Source of the DNA: Capsulimonadales bacterium
Lineage (GTDB): Bacteria > Armatimonadota > Armatimonadia > Armatimonadales > Armatimonadaceae
DNA: 52,134 nt
Assembly (NCBI GenBank): GCA_033762295.1
Contig: JANRLW010000106.1
Span: 1 to 52,134, forward strand
Reading direction: 5' to 3'
Shown here: piece by piece, positions 10,293 to 21,000 of the stretch
Numbering within the stretch: position 1 is the stretch's first letter
Layout: each line of letters opens with the position of its first letter
Notes under the pieces: generated by a model
Database searches by the model: none
Seen by the model: the letters and a program-made list of their open reading frames with translations, nothing else
What the model was told of the DNA's origin: nothing
Position numbers and translations under genes: made by a program

Positions 10293-11156
10293 ATGAATCG
10301 ACGCGAATTTACAAAAATCGTCGGGGCCGGGACGGTCGCCTCGGCGGTCGCCACCCTGGTGGAATCGGACGCCGGGGCGCAGGACAGCGGGGCGAAACCG
10401 ACCGTGCGACCGGCGACGGCGAATCACGATATGTCCGGATATAATATTCCGAACGGACCTCCACAGCAGATCGCCATGTTCGTCTACCCGAACATGACCG
10501 CTCTCGATCTGGTCGCGCCGCACCTGATGTTCACCGGCCTGATGAATGTCGCCGTTCACCTGGTGGCCAAAACCCTGAAGCCGATAAGATCCGATAACGG
10601 ACTCACCATCGTCCCGACCACGACCCTGGCAAAGTGTCCGAAAAAACTGACGGTACTCTTCTGTCCGGGCGGCTCGCAGGGGACGCTGGCCATGATGAAG
10701 GATGTCGAGGTGCTGAATTTTCTGGCCGATCGGGGAAAAACCGCCTCCTATGTCACGAGCGTCTGCACCGGATCGCTGCTTCTCGGAGCGGCGGGCTTGC
10801 TCGAAGGCTATCGAGCGACCTCTCACTGGGCGGTTCGGGACGAGATACTGCCTCTGTACGGAGCGATTCCGGTCAACGAACGCGTCGTCGAGGATCGAAA
10901 TCGGATCACGGGAGCCGGAGTGACCGCCGGAATGGATTTCGGTCTTCGACTGGCGACGTTGCTACGCAACGAAAAGTATGCGCGCGCCCTGCAGCTAGCC
11001 TTCGAATACGACCCGCAACCTGGTTACCGTGCCGGGACACCCGAGACGGCGGGTGAGGATGTGGTCGGCATGATGAACGCCATGTACGCCCCGCTGGTGA
11101 CCGATCTGAAAGCGGTGGCGGCAAAACGACCCCGGCGGGGAACGACCCGCGGATAA
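10293..11156 (+). CDS. Tat-exported DJ-1/PfpI family protein (isonitrile hydratase-like)
   Basis: MNRREF Tat motif; SVCTGS, GVTAGMDF, EYDPQP motifs. Confidence 0.88.
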   Translation: MNRREFTKIVGAGTVASAVATLVESDAGAQDSGAKPTVRPATANHDMSGYNIPNGPPQQIAMFVYPNMTALDLVAPHLMFTGLMNVAVHLVAKTLKPIRSDNGLTIVPTTTLAKCPKKLTVLFCPGGSQGTLAMMKDVEVLNFLADRGKTASYVTSVCTGSLLLGAAGLLEGYRATSHWAVRDEILPLYGAIPVNERVVEDRNRITGAGVTAGMDFGLRLATLLRNEKYARALQLAFEYDPQPGYRAGTPETAGEDVVGMMNAMYAPLVTDLKAVAAKRPRRGTTRG

Positions 11157-11157
11157 G

Positions 11158-11607
11158 GTGAAAACAATGAAACTACGGACGATGAATCAAACGACAAAAA
11201 TCGCCGCGCTTCTGGCCGTGCTTATGGTGACGCCCTTTGCCGTTGCTCAGGAAAAACCCTCGGCCAAATCGGGCAAGGCAATGGCCTGCGAGAACTGCGC
11301 TCCCAAAACCGGGGCGAAGAAGGCCGGACGGGATGCCTGCGCGGTGCCGAAGACCATGACTCTGTCCGGACTGGACTGCCCCGGATGCGCGAACGGAATC
11401 AAGTCGGCGCTGGCCGAAGTGACCGGCGTGGAAGAGGTGACCGTGGATGTGAAGGCGCAGAAAGCCGTCGTCTGGGTCTGTCCGCATAAGAACGTGACGA
11501 CGAAGGCGCTGACCGAAGCGGTGACGGGCGCCGGATTCAAGGTCGTTCGTGTGGAGGACGGCACGCCGAAAGCCCCTCGAAAACCGAAAGCCGGCAAGCG
11601 CGGCTAA
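11158..11607 (+). CDS. Exported heavy-metal-associated (HMA) domain protein
   Basis: Signal peptide, extra CENC, and HMA motif GLDCPGCANGIKSAL...GVEEV. Confidence 0.88.
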   Translation: MKTMKLRTMNQTTKIAALLAVLMVTPFAVAQEKPSAKSGKAMACENCAPKTGAKKAGRDACAVPKTMTLSGLDCPGCANGIKSALAEVTGVEEVTVDVKAQKAVVWVCPHKNVTTKALTEAVTGAGFKVVRVEDGTPKAPRKPKAGKRG

Positions 11608-11621
11608 TTCGAATGACGACG

Positions 11622-11650
11622 AATCCCGTCCCGAATTTCGGGGCGGGATT
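11622..11650. terminator. Hairpin ending the metal cluster
   Basis: AATCCCGTCCCGA-att-TCGGGGCGGGATT, a 13-bp stem with one G-U. Confidence 0.55.
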
Positions 11651-11688
11651 ACCGGTGAAGGGTTCCGCCCGGACGGTATGATGATTTT

Positions 11689-12483
11689 ATGGTCATCAAC
11701 TGGGATTACTGGTTTGTCTTTCCGTATGCCGTTTTTGTGGCCGTCATGGCCAATGCCTCCGGCTTTTCCGGAGCCGTTCTTTTCCAGCCATTCTTTAACT
11801 TCGTTTTGAAACTGCCGATCGCCAATTCGATCGCGACCGGTATCGCCACCGAGACGATCGGAATGACGAGCGGCGCTCTCCAGTACGTGCGCCTTCGTCA
11901 GGTCGATTTTTCCGCCCTTCGCTTTCTTCTTCTGCCCATTCTGGTGGGTGTCGCCGCGGGCTTGTTCCTGTTCGTCAACGTTCCGCGTGATATTCTCCGC
12001 CTGCTGGTCGGGGTCGTGATCTCCGCGATCTCGCTTTACCAGTTTCTGCGGGTGGCGAAGGGACTGCTGGGAACCGGTCAGACGATCAACGGGGAACGAT
12101 TGAAACGCTGGACCTGGGTCAGCGTCTTTTCCGGGCTGTTTTCCGCCTGTACGGGGACCGGCGTTGCCGAGATGAACCAGCCTTTGCTGGAGGAGCAGGG
12201 AGAACTGGCGACGAAACGGGCGAACGCGACCGCCATCCTTCTCGAGGCGATCGCGGACTGGACGATTACGATCGTTAACCTGAAGCTGGGTTTCCTTCGT
12301 CCGGATATCCTGCTTTTCAGCGCGACCGGGGTCTTGATCGGCGCGCAGATCGGCGCGTTGATCTCCCGGTTTTTGCCCGATCGCCTGTTGAAACTGATAT
12401 TCGCGGTCGCGGTTCTCTTTATCGGGGGCGTCTACATCGTGACAACGGTCGGTAAATTCCTGTCGGGCGCGCCCCTGAAGTAG
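11689..12483 (+). CDS. Sulfite exporter TauE/SafE family membrane protein
   Basis: Multiple TM helices; ANASGFSGAVLFQP; GVLIGAQIGA. Confidence 0.85.
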   Translation: MVINWDYWFVFPYAVFVAVMANASGFSGAVLFQPFFNFVLKLPIANSIATGIATETIGMTSGALQYVRLRQVDFSALRFLLLPILVGVAAGLFLFVNVPRDILRLLVGVVISAISLYQFLRVAKGLLGTGQTINGERLKRWTWVSVFSGLFSACTGTGVAEMNQPLLEEQGELATKRANATAILLEAIADWTITIVNLKLGFLRPDILLFSATGVLIGAQIGALISRFLPDRLLKLIFAVAVLFIGGVYIVTTVGKFLSGAPLK

Positions 12484-12504
12484 GAACGCGCCCCCGGATA
12501 ACGA

Positions 12505-13386
12505 TCAGCCGGCGAGACAGGCGTTCAGGTGTTCGACCGTGGCTCGAATGTTCGCACGTCGCGTCGTCTCGTCAAATTTTCCGAGCGATTCGTCCTCGAT
12601 GCAGAGGTCCCGTTCGTATCCGGCCGTCCTCAGAAAGCCGACAACCTTCCCATGGTCGATGTCACCCTCGGGGACCGGGCAGCAGTATTTGCCGTACTCG
12701 AATCCCATCGGACGCTGCACATGAACCATTTCCGAGGGGTATCGGATGTTTTTGATGTGCGTATGTTTCGTCAGGGGAGCGAACTTTTCCAGAATTTCGT
12801 AAACGCGTTCGAGGGGATACCCGAACCAGTAGAAGTTGCCCGTATCGATGGTCATACCGAGGCGCGGCGAGGCGACGCGTTCCATCAGTCCGTCGAGGAA
12901 CTCCGGGTCGTTGCCCTGGAAACCATGGTTCTCGATGCCGAGGTCCACCGGCAGTCCGTCGGTCCCGTTCAGGACGGTGCGCACTCCCCGTGCGAAAATA
13001 TCCTGACGCTGAGCCGTCGGCAGGTCGCGTTCCCCGTGCATGATCGCGTCGATCCGAACCGCCGGAATCCCGAGGTCCGCCGCCGCGCGGATGGTTCGGA
13101 CCGCCCAGGCGAGTTCCGTTCCGAGGTCGGGCGCGTTGAAGTTATTCCCCATGAGCAGAGCGGAAATACGGATACCGGACGCGGACGCCTGCTCACCAAG
13201 CTGTCGGACATCCTCGTCCCGATCGAGATAAAGGAAAGGGCGATCCTCCGTCGGGGTAAGGGCGCGAACACGGAAATCACGGCCGACGTTCAACTCTACG
13301 GCGTTCAAACCGAAGAATTTCAGTCCCTGGGCAAGGCTGTCGAAACCGGTCGACAGGACCATCTCATCACGAATGGAGACGTACAT
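12505..13386 (-). CDS. Sugar phosphate isomerase/epimerase (TIM barrel)
   Basis: GIENHG, DTGNFYW, HTHIKN, EGDID, IEDE motifs. Confidence 0.88.
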   Translation of the reverse strand: MYVSIRDEMVLSTGFDSLAQGLKFFGLNAVELNVGRDFRVRALTPTEDRPFLYLDRDEDVRQLGEQASASGIRISALLMGNNFNAPDLGTELAWAVRTIRAAADLGIPAVRIDAIMHGERDLPTAQRQDIFARGVRTVLNGTDGLPVDLGIENHGFQGNDPEFLDGLMERVASPRLGMTIDTGNFYWFGYPLERVYEILEKFAPLTKHTHIKNIRYPSEMVHVQRPMGFEYGKYCCPVPEGDIDHGKVVGFLRTAGYERDLCIEDESLGKFDETTRRANIRATVEHLNACLAG

Positions 13387-13512
13387 ACGGCAGGCTACTT
13401 TCGAGGATTTTCAAATCTGTTACCCGTCAGGCGGGCGTAATCCTGCCGTTGGCGGAAAGGATTCGCTCCGATCCGTAAAACGGGGGAGGGCGCAAGCGAA
13501 TTTTCCGGTAGC

Positions 13513-14610
13513 ATGGAAAGGATGAAACTGTTTTTCCGAGCGGCGATTGCCTGCCTTTGTGTGCTTCCGGCAGGCGCAGTCTACTGGGTCATCGCACAGG
13601 GGCGGTCCGTACCCGTCAAGGCGGCGCGGCGGGTGCTCTCCGACGGAATGCCTGCCCCGGATTTCACCCTGACCGCACAGGACGGGAGGACGTTCCGCCT
13701 GAGCGATTACCGTGGCCGCACCGTCTTTCTGGCGTTCGTACCCTCCTGGACCGATGAGAAAACTCGTGCGGAAGCGCGCGCCCTGGCCGGGTCCCAGGCC
13801 GAGTTCGACGCGGTCGGCGCGAAAGCGTTCCTGATTTCGGAGGATGCTGCGGAAACGGCACGACGATTCCACGATGACGCAAAACTGCCGTTCCCTCTGC
13901 TGATCGACCCGGAGAACTCCCTGGCCCGGCAATACACCGTTCCGAACGGCGATTACCGTACGACCTTCGTGGTCGATCCGAGCGGAATCGTCCGCTATCG
14001 TATCGGAGATGCCATCATCGAACCGGCGCGGGCCGGGAAGCAGTTGATCGAGATCAGCCAGTGCTGTGTGGACGAAGTGCTGGCGGCGCGGGCGCACGGG
14101 ATCGGAAAGCCGGTCGGCGAGTTCGGTCTTCCACGGGTCGATCGCGAAGGGCGGATGGAGCCGTTGATCGGCAGGGAACCGGCGAAGGCGACGGTTGTGC
14201 TGTTCCTGTCGGTGAAGTGCCCCTGTTCGAACAACTACAACCGGCGTGTGCGGGAACTGGCCGACCGACTATCCGGGGTACGTGTCGTCGGCGTCTACTC
14301 GAATCAGGATGAGACGGCGGCGGACATCGCCCGTCATGCGCGTGAGAACGCCTTTGCGTTTCCGGTTTTCCGGGACGAGCGGGCCTTATGCGCGGACCAC
14401 TTCGGCGCGGCGGTCACCCCCGAGGCATTTGTGCTGGACGGGCAGCGCAGACTTCGCTATGCCGGTCGGATCGACGACAGCCGGGACCCGGATCGAGTAA
14501 GTCACCCGGACCTCGCGCGGGCCATCGATGAGGTAATGGCCGGACGCAGTCCGGCGCAACCGGATACCCCGGCGTTCGGCTGCGGAATCGTTCGAAAGGA
14601 AAACCCCTGA
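13513..14610 (+). CDS. Membrane-anchored tandem redoxin (AhpC/TSA-like plus thioredoxin-like) protein
   Basis: APDFTL...LSDYRG first domain; second domain with CPCS, TPEAFV, YAGRIDD and FGCGI. Confidence 0.85.
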   Translation: MERMKLFFRAAIACLCVLPAGAVYWVIAQGRSVPVKAARRVLSDGMPAPDFTLTAQDGRTFRLSDYRGRTVFLAFVPSWTDEKTRAEARALAGSQAEFDAVGAKAFLISEDAAETARRFHDDAKLPFPLLIDPENSLARQYTVPNGDYRTTFVVDPSGIVRYRIGDAIIEPARAGKQLIEISQCCVDEVLAARAHGIGKPVGEFGLPRVDREGRMEPLIGREPAKATVVLFLSVKCPCSNNYNRRVRELADRLSGVRVVGVYSNQDETAADIARHARENAFAFPVFRDERALCADHFGAAVTPEAFVLDGQRRLRYAGRIDDSRDPDRVSHPDLARAIDEVMAGRSPAQPDTPAFGCGIVRKENP

Positions 14611-14622
14611 AGCGTCCCCTCC

Positions 14623-15378
14623 CTAATCGGGCGGCGGGGAAAACCCGAACCGGCGCAGGATAACCTGCGCCGGTTGGCTTTTCAGGAAGGCGGCAAACCG
14701 ACGGGCGAGGTTCGAATGTCGGCTTCTGCGAACGACCGCCGCCGGGTAAACGATCGCGAGGTGATCCTTGCCGGGTCGGGCATGGGCGACGACGGTCACC
14801 CGTGGTTCGATCCCGGCATCGGTCGCAAAAACGATCCCGGCAGCCGCATCTCCGTTCGCCACATAGGTCAGGGTCTGCCGGACATTCCCCCCGAAAACTC
14901 CCTTCGGGCGCACGGCGTTCCACAGGCCCCGCCGAATCAGCGTTTCCCGGGCGTATCGTCCGGAGGGCACGGAGGCGGGATCGGAGAGCGCCACCCGACG
15001 AACGGTCTCCCGTTTCAGATCCGCCCAGTCCTGTAACGGGGTTCCGACCGGACCGATCAGAACCAGGCGGTTCCCGGCAAACTCGGTGCGCGTTTCGCCT
15101 ATCAGGTCGCCGTTACGGATCAGAACCTCCATTTCCTGCGGCGATGCCGGGGCGAAAACGTCAATCGGCGCTCCCTGACGGATCTGTTGCAGAAGGGTAC
15201 CCGACGATCCGAACGTGAACCGGACGACGGTTCCGGGATTCGCTCTTGAAAACGCCTGCCCGATCTCCCGCATCGCATTGGTGAGGGAGGATGCCGCCGC
15301 CACCGTGATCGTCTCGGCCCGCCCGGACCGTGGGAGAACGACGAACGCCATCAGGACAACAACGGCTCCTAACCTCAT
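14623..15378 (-). CDS. modA: Molybdate ABC transporter substrate-binding protein
   Basis: [47 protein letters not shown] overlaps the upstream stop (ATGA). Confidence 0.92.
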   Translation of the reverse strand: MRLGAVVVLMAFVVLPRSGRAETITVAAASSLTNAMREIGQAFSRANPGTVVRFTFGSSGTLLQQIRQGAPIDVFAPASPQEMEVLIRNGDLIGETRTEFAGNRLVLIGPVGTPLQDWADLKRETVRRVALSDPASVPSGRYARETLIRRGLWNAVRPKGVFGGNVRQTLTYVANGDAAAGIVFATDAGIEPRVTVVAHARPGKDHLAIVYPAAVVRRSRHSNLARRFAAFLKSQPAQVILRRFGFSPPPD

Positions 15379-16136
15379 GGGTCGGCCATGAAGTCGGCGT
15401 CCGTCAGGCTTTCCGGGCGACGCCATTTCGCGCTCCCGTCGTAACGGAGGGTGTTGAACCCACCCGTGTGGCGGGTCGGATAATGCGTATGGGTGGTGTC
15501 CGCCGAGGGTGGAAAGATTCCCCAGACCCCGGTCGTGTTCGGCATCCGGGTATCGGCGCATCCCGGCGTTCGTTTATGATCCCAGACTTGCATGACCGAC
15601 GGATGGGTGACGGCCGCATCGGGTTTGCCCATCGGTCCCGCCGTGATATAACTCATCGCGTAACCTACCTGACCCTGCGGGTAGCTCGGACAGCGAAAAA
15701 TCATCAGGTTACGGAAGTAGGGTTGCAACATTTCCTGCTTGGACGGAGTGTCGTAGGGAACATACCCAACGTTCGCCGGTTCGGGATCAAGGCTGTTATC
15801 ATAAGGAGCCCACCAGGTCTCGTTCGGGCCGGTGATTCTCGTCGGGCTCGCAGTCGTGCAGAGGGTATCACCGGTACGATCCGGACAGACTCGATGCCGC
15901 GGGTTGGTCAGGTCGTAGTCCTGTCGGTAGAGGGCGATCGCGAGACCGATCTGTCGGACGTTGGAAAGACAGTTCGCGGAACGCGCCTTCTCCCGAGCCT
16001 GACCGAAAACGGGGAAGAGTATCGCCGCCAGTATCGAGATAATCGCGATGACGACGAGGAGTTCGATCAGCGTGAAGGCAACGTATCGCAGGGTGGGAGT
16101 TCCCGGCAGGGATAACGGTCCGGGTGGCGCGTTCAT
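15375..16136 (-). CDS. DUF1559 prepilin-type/H-X9-DG protein (copy 4)
   Basis: [27 protein letters not shown] overlaps at both ends. Confidence 0.9.
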   Translation of the reverse strand: MNAPPGPLSLPGTPTLRYVAFTLIELLVVIAIISILAAILFPVFGQAREKARSANCLSNVRQIGLAIALYRQDYDLTNPRHRVCPDRTGDTLCTTASPTRITGPNETWWAPYDNSLDPEPANVGYVPYDTPSKQEMLQPYFRNLMIFRCPSYPQGQVGYAMSYITAGPMGKPDAAVTHPSVMQVWDHKRTPGCADTRMPNTTGVWGIFPPSADTTHTHYPTRHTGGFNTLRYDGSAKWRRPESLTDADFMADP

Positions 16137-16933
16137 ACGGAAGCCTTCGCTCGCGCCGCGCGAATCCGTTCCTGCATCTTCGGAACCTCCTCCCGCCACC
16201 GAAGGTCGTCCGGACTGACGAAGTTATCATGAAGCGTTGCCCGTTTGACGTACGGAACATAGTTTCCGATATGCCAGCAGGAAGCGCGGTAGATCGCCAC
16301 ATCGCCGGCGAAAAGCGAGACCTGTGTCGCTCCGGGCATGCTCCGGACGTACTCCTGGCAGAGGCGTTCACGCTCCTCCGGGGTCCGCGCGCCGCTGAAA
16401 TCCGGCGACGGGGGCGGAACCACGGGAAAGGCGGCGCGTTCCTCCGGGGTGTCCTCCCGGTTATGGCTGCCGGGAACGGCCCAGAGAGAGTGATCGTCGT
16501 ACAGGGCGCCATTGAACTGACAGAAGGTCGCAAGGTTCCGACTGAATTCGAAAAACGTCGCCAGATCGAGATCAGGGACGTTATAGCCCCAGTCCCGATG
16601 CCATTGGGTGCACCAGGGGTGTTCCGCCGGTTCCAGCAGGATTCCCATATTCCGGGTCGTCGTGTGGTCAGGTCCGAGCAACATCCCGCGCACGGTTTGA
16701 ACGTCCGGCAGTTCGAGAAATTCGGTAAACGGTCGGTGATTCAGTTCGTCGTACTCGTAGACGGGTTGGAGACGCTGTGCCTGCGCCCCGTGCTGACGGC
16801 GAGCGATGTCACGCGCGCGGTCCGCTTCCCGGCGCAGGTCGCTCAGCAGCGACGGCGGGATGATGCCTCGAAGGATCGTGAAACCGTCGCGGACGTACTC
16901 CTCGCGCAAACGGTCGTCGTATGCGAAAGCCAT
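16133..16933 (-). CDS. Phytanoyl-CoA dioxygenase (PhyH) family protein
   Basis: [21 protein letters not shown]...WH motifs. Confidence 0.88.
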   Translation of the reverse strand: MAFAYDDRLREEYVRDGFTILRGIIPPSLLSDLRREADRARDIARRQHGAQAQRLQPVYEYDELNHRPFTEFLELPDVQTVRGMLLGPDHTTTRNMGILLEPAEHPWCTQWHRDWGYNVPDLDLATFFEFSRNLATFCQFNGALYDDHSLWAVPGSHNREDTPEERAAFPVVPPPSPDFSGARTPEERERLCQEYVRSMPGATQVSLFAGDVAIYRASCWHIGNYVPYVKRATLHDNFVSPDDLRWREEVPKMQERIRAARAKASV

Positions 16934-16996
16934 AGCATATTGTAACCTCGATCGGGGAGGTTCGACAAGAGCCGATGCTTCCGCCAGGAAGGTCGG

Positions 16997-17959
16997 TCAT
17001 GGACCGGGAGTAAACTTCGGTTCCCGAAGCCAGTTCTCAAGGTCGGTGCCGGTCGAAAAGTCGAGGAGAGCATCGGCGAGCGCTTCCAGGGCGTCCGGGG
17101 GCAGGTCTCGAATCTGCGCCTCCTGGGATTCCGTCAGTTTACCGACGCGACGGGACAACTGTCGGAGGATCACCCGTTCCATTCCCTGTTCACGTCCCTG
17201 CTCAATCCCCTGCTCAATCCCCTGCTCGATCCCCTGTTGCATCCAACCGGTGATAATTTCGAGTGCCACTTGCCGCTCCTCCGGAGGAAGTACCTTTTCG
17301 ATTTCCTCTTGAAACGCCCGTTCCTCGACAGGTTCGAATCGTAAATATGTATCGATGAAGCCGGAGATCAGTTTCGTTCGCGCCGGGTCCGGGCGAAGCG
17401 TCACCAGAAGACGGAAACATTCGATCTTGGCTTGAATCCGGTCCTCCGGCGCGATGTTCATCTTCGCCATCAGTGCGGAGGCAACCGGGTTTGCCCGGCC
17501 GATGAAATCCCGCCAGTGTAACCGATTCAGTTGTATCACACGGTAACGGAATCGCAGCACCTCGAGGTCCGGAAAGCCAACGAGGAAGGAGTCGGGTTCC
17601 GGACGGTAGGGAGCGTCGTAGGAAAAGAGGACGATCGGGTAGACCGGAAGATCATATTTTTCATGGAAACGAACAAAGTAACGGAAGAGCCGTTTCCCGA
17701 AATCCGCCTGGTCGTACGACTGCAGTTCGAGAAGTACCAGGAAAAACGCCGCGTCGTTCGTCGGTTGCCGGAATCGGATGCGCGCTACGATATCCGCTTC
17801 AAGGCGTTCTCCCTCGCGGATTTCGTGAAAAACCTCCTTGTCCAGGAAGACGATCTCCTCGGTGCGCAGCCCGGCAAATAGAGCCGGAAAGAAAAGCTCG
17901 AGGAACTCCGGGAAAAACGTGGTCAGGAGTTCCTTGAACAGCCGGTCATGGTCGATCAC
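16997..17959 (-). CDS. Rpn/YhgA-like PD-(D/E)XK nuclease (putative transposase) with C-terminal DUF4351
   Basis: DHDRLFKELL, ELQS, EQG repeats, RQLSRRVG...LEALADALLDF. Confidence 0.88.
   Translation of the reverse strand: MIDHDRLFKELLTTFFPEFLELFFPALFAGLRTEEIVFLDKEVFHEIREGERLEADIVARIRFRQPTNDAAFFLVLLELQSYDQADFGKRLFRYFVRFHEKYDLPVYPIVLFSYDAPYRPEPDSFLVGFPDLEVLRFRYRVIQLNRLHWRDFIGRANPVASALMAKMNIAPEDRIQAKIECFRLLVTLRPDPARTKLISGFIDTYLRFEPVEERAFQEEIEKVLPPEERQVALEIITGWMQQGIEQGIEQGIEQGREQGMERVILRQLSRRVGKLTESQEAQIRDLPPDALEALADALLDFSTGTDLENWLREPKFTPGP
17184..17240 (-). repeat. 12-bp coding tandem repeat (IEQG)n in Rpn
   Basis: Repeated CCCTGCTC(A/G)ATC units encoding QQGIEQGIEQGIEQGREQG. Confidence 0.85.
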
Positions 17960-18016
17960 GCCCGATTATAGCAGGCAATCTTTGCCGCACGAAAGGTAAC
18001 GAAAGTCTACCCGGGT

Positions 18017-21000
18017 CTATTCGCCGCCCGGTTCGGCGGAGGGAGCAAAGCCGCGCCGCAACACCGACTCCGTGATGGTCCGCGGGTTCAGGAACTGCAA
18101 CAGATAGTCGGGACCGCCCGCTTTGCTGCCGATCCCGGACATCCGCGCCCCGCCGAACGGCTGACGGTCAACTATCGCTCCGGTGATTTTCCGGTTGATG
18201 TACAGATTGCCGACCCGGAATTCCCGGCGCGCGCGTTCGATGTTCTTCGGCGAACGGGAGTAAAAGCCGCCGGTCAGAGCATATGGCGTATCGTCCGCGA
18301 TTTTCAGCGCCTCCGTCAGGTCGGCGGCCCGAAGTACGGCCAGTACCGGGCCGAAAATCTCCTCCTGACAGAGCCGTCCGTCGGCGGGGCAGTCCGTAAA
18401 GACCGTCGCCGGGACATAGTATCCGCGTCCCCGGAGGGATTCGGGCACCGGGACCTGTGCCAGCATCCGGCCCTCGGCTTTTCCGATCTCGGTATATCTC
18501 TCAACTCGTCTCTGCGACTCCTCATCGACCACCGGTCCGAGAGTCGTTGCCGGATCGTCCGCCGGGCCGATACGAATCGATTTCACCGCCTCCGCCAGGC
18601 GCGCGCAGAACGGTTCGTAGGCGGAACCGATCACGACCACGCGCGAACAGGCGGAACATTTCTGACCGGCAAACCCGACGAAGGAGTGAAGCGTTCCCAG
18701 CACGGCCTCGTCCGGATCGGCGTCCTCATCGACGAGGATGGCGTTCTTCCCACCCAGTTCCGCAATCACCTTTTTGATCTCCCGCTGACCGGGGCGGACG
18801 ACGGCGGCCGATTCGAGGATCGATAGCCCGACCGTTTTGCTGCCGGTGAAGGCAATGAGCGCGACCCGCGGGTCATTGACCAGTGTCGGGCCGATCTCCT
18901 CGCCGTCGCCGGGCACGTAGGTCGCCACGCCCTCCGGGCATCCGGCCGCGGTCAACGCTTCGTAAAGGAAGAAACCGACCCGGGACGATTGCTCCGCCGG
19001 TTTCAGGAGAACGGGGTTTCCCGCGACCAGAGCCGCTGTCGCCATTCCGGTCAGGATGGCGAGGGGGAAGTTCCACGGAGCGATAATGACCGCCGGACCC
19101 CGCGCATCATAGAGGAATTCGTTCCATTCGCCGGGTATATTGCGGCGACGGGGATGGGAAAGGCGCTCCATCTCCGCCGCGTAGAACTCACAGAAGTCGA
19201 TCGCCTCCGCGACATCGGCATCGGCTTCGCGCCAGGGTTTGCCTACCTCGAAAACCATCCAGGCGGCGATCTCGAACCGACGGGCGCGGAAATGATCCGC
19301 CGCTTTTCGAAGAACGGCACAGCGTTCCCGGACCGGAGTGTCCCGCCAGACCGGGAACGCGGCGGCGGCAACGCGAACCGCTTCGGTCGCTTCGGCGGCG
19401 GTGGCATAGCGGGTACGGGAAGCGACGAGGCGAGTGTCGTTCGGACAGGGACGGTCGATAATCCGGGGCGCGTTTTCGTCGACGACGACCGACGGTCGGA
19501 GGACGGTTTTGCCCAGTTCGGCGCGAACGACCGAAAGCGCGGCCCGCATCGCTTCCTGGTTGCGAGGTTCGGCGAAGTCGGTTTCCGGTTCGTTGACAAA
19601 GGCCGAAGCCGTGCCTCCCGCCGGTGGCCCGCCGGTCGGGACGGAGGAGATCGAGTGAATGCGGGGCGGAGCGAGCAGGGCGTCGATGCGGACGTTCTCC
19701 CCGGCTTTGCGAATGAAAGAGTCGTTCGACGAGTTCTCGAGAAGGCGGCGGACCAGGTAGGCCATGCCCGGCAACAGTTCGCCGAAGGGAACATACACAC
19801 GGACCCGTTCTCCCTGGGCGGCCAGGGCGCGCCCGATCGGATCGCCCATTCCGTACAGAACCTGAAACTCGATCGTTGCGGGCGGCAGACCGTGGGTGGC
19901 CGCCAGCGCCTGCGCATGGGCGGCGGAGCGGACGTTGTGCGTCGCAAAGGCCGGGCGAAGCGACGTCCAGTTCCGGATCAGAAACTCCGTACAGCGTTCG
20001 TAGCAGGCGTCGGTATCCGCCTTGTTCTGCCAGACCGGCACCGGGTGGCCTCGCTGCGCGGAGATGATGGTTTCGTAGTCCCAGTACGCGCCCTTGACCA
20101 GACGGATCGTGAAGGGAACCCCGCGCCGCAGACTGTAATCCCGCAGCTCCGCCAGTTGCCGTTCGGCATCGCGCAGGTAGGCCTGGACGACGATACCGAT
20201 CTCTCCCCAGTTTGCGAACTCCTCCTCACAAAAAACCTCCTCGAAGATACGGCGGGTGATGCCGCAATAATCCCGTTGTTCCATATCGAAATTCACGAAG
20301 ATACCGTGTCTTCGGGCGGAACGGAGGATCGGGCGCAAACGCTCCTTCACCGCTTCGACGGTGGTGTCGGCGGCCATCGGATCGAATCGGGAGTAGAGAG
20401 AGGATAACTTGACGGAAACATTGACCTTCGGAAGCGGCCCGAACGACGCCTGATCGATCCGGGGTCGGTCGGGCCAGCGGCGGGCGATCCGGGCCAGATC
20501 CTCGATCAGTTCCAGGTACTTCGCCTGGTAGGCCAGGGCCTCCGCTTCGGAGGTCACGGCCTCTCCGAGCAGATCGAGGGTGAACGTTCGGTCCTGCGAC
20601 CGGAGCCGTTCGATCGCGGCGGCCGCTTCCTGCCCGTTACGTCCGGCGATGAACCGTTCCGCCATCCGCTTCGCCCCGAAGTGAGATGCCCAGGCAACGG
20701 GACCCTGCAGAAGCGGGACGCCGGTCGCCGTCGACAGTACGGACGCGATCAACGGGGGCAGTTTCACATCCGAGCGCAGAAGGTATTCCTGCAAATGTCG
20801 GTTGACGGCATCGGGAGTTTTGAGGGAGGGAAGCGCGTCGACGAAGCGAAACAACTCCACCTTGACCTTCTCATCCGCCGTCGTCAACTGCATCAGGCTA
20901 TCGTAGAACCAGTCGATCGGCGTTTTGCTGCTTTCCATCCGACGTACGGCGCGAAAGAGCGTTTTCCCTCGCTCCTGCGTGTCGGTCTCGATCCGTTCGG

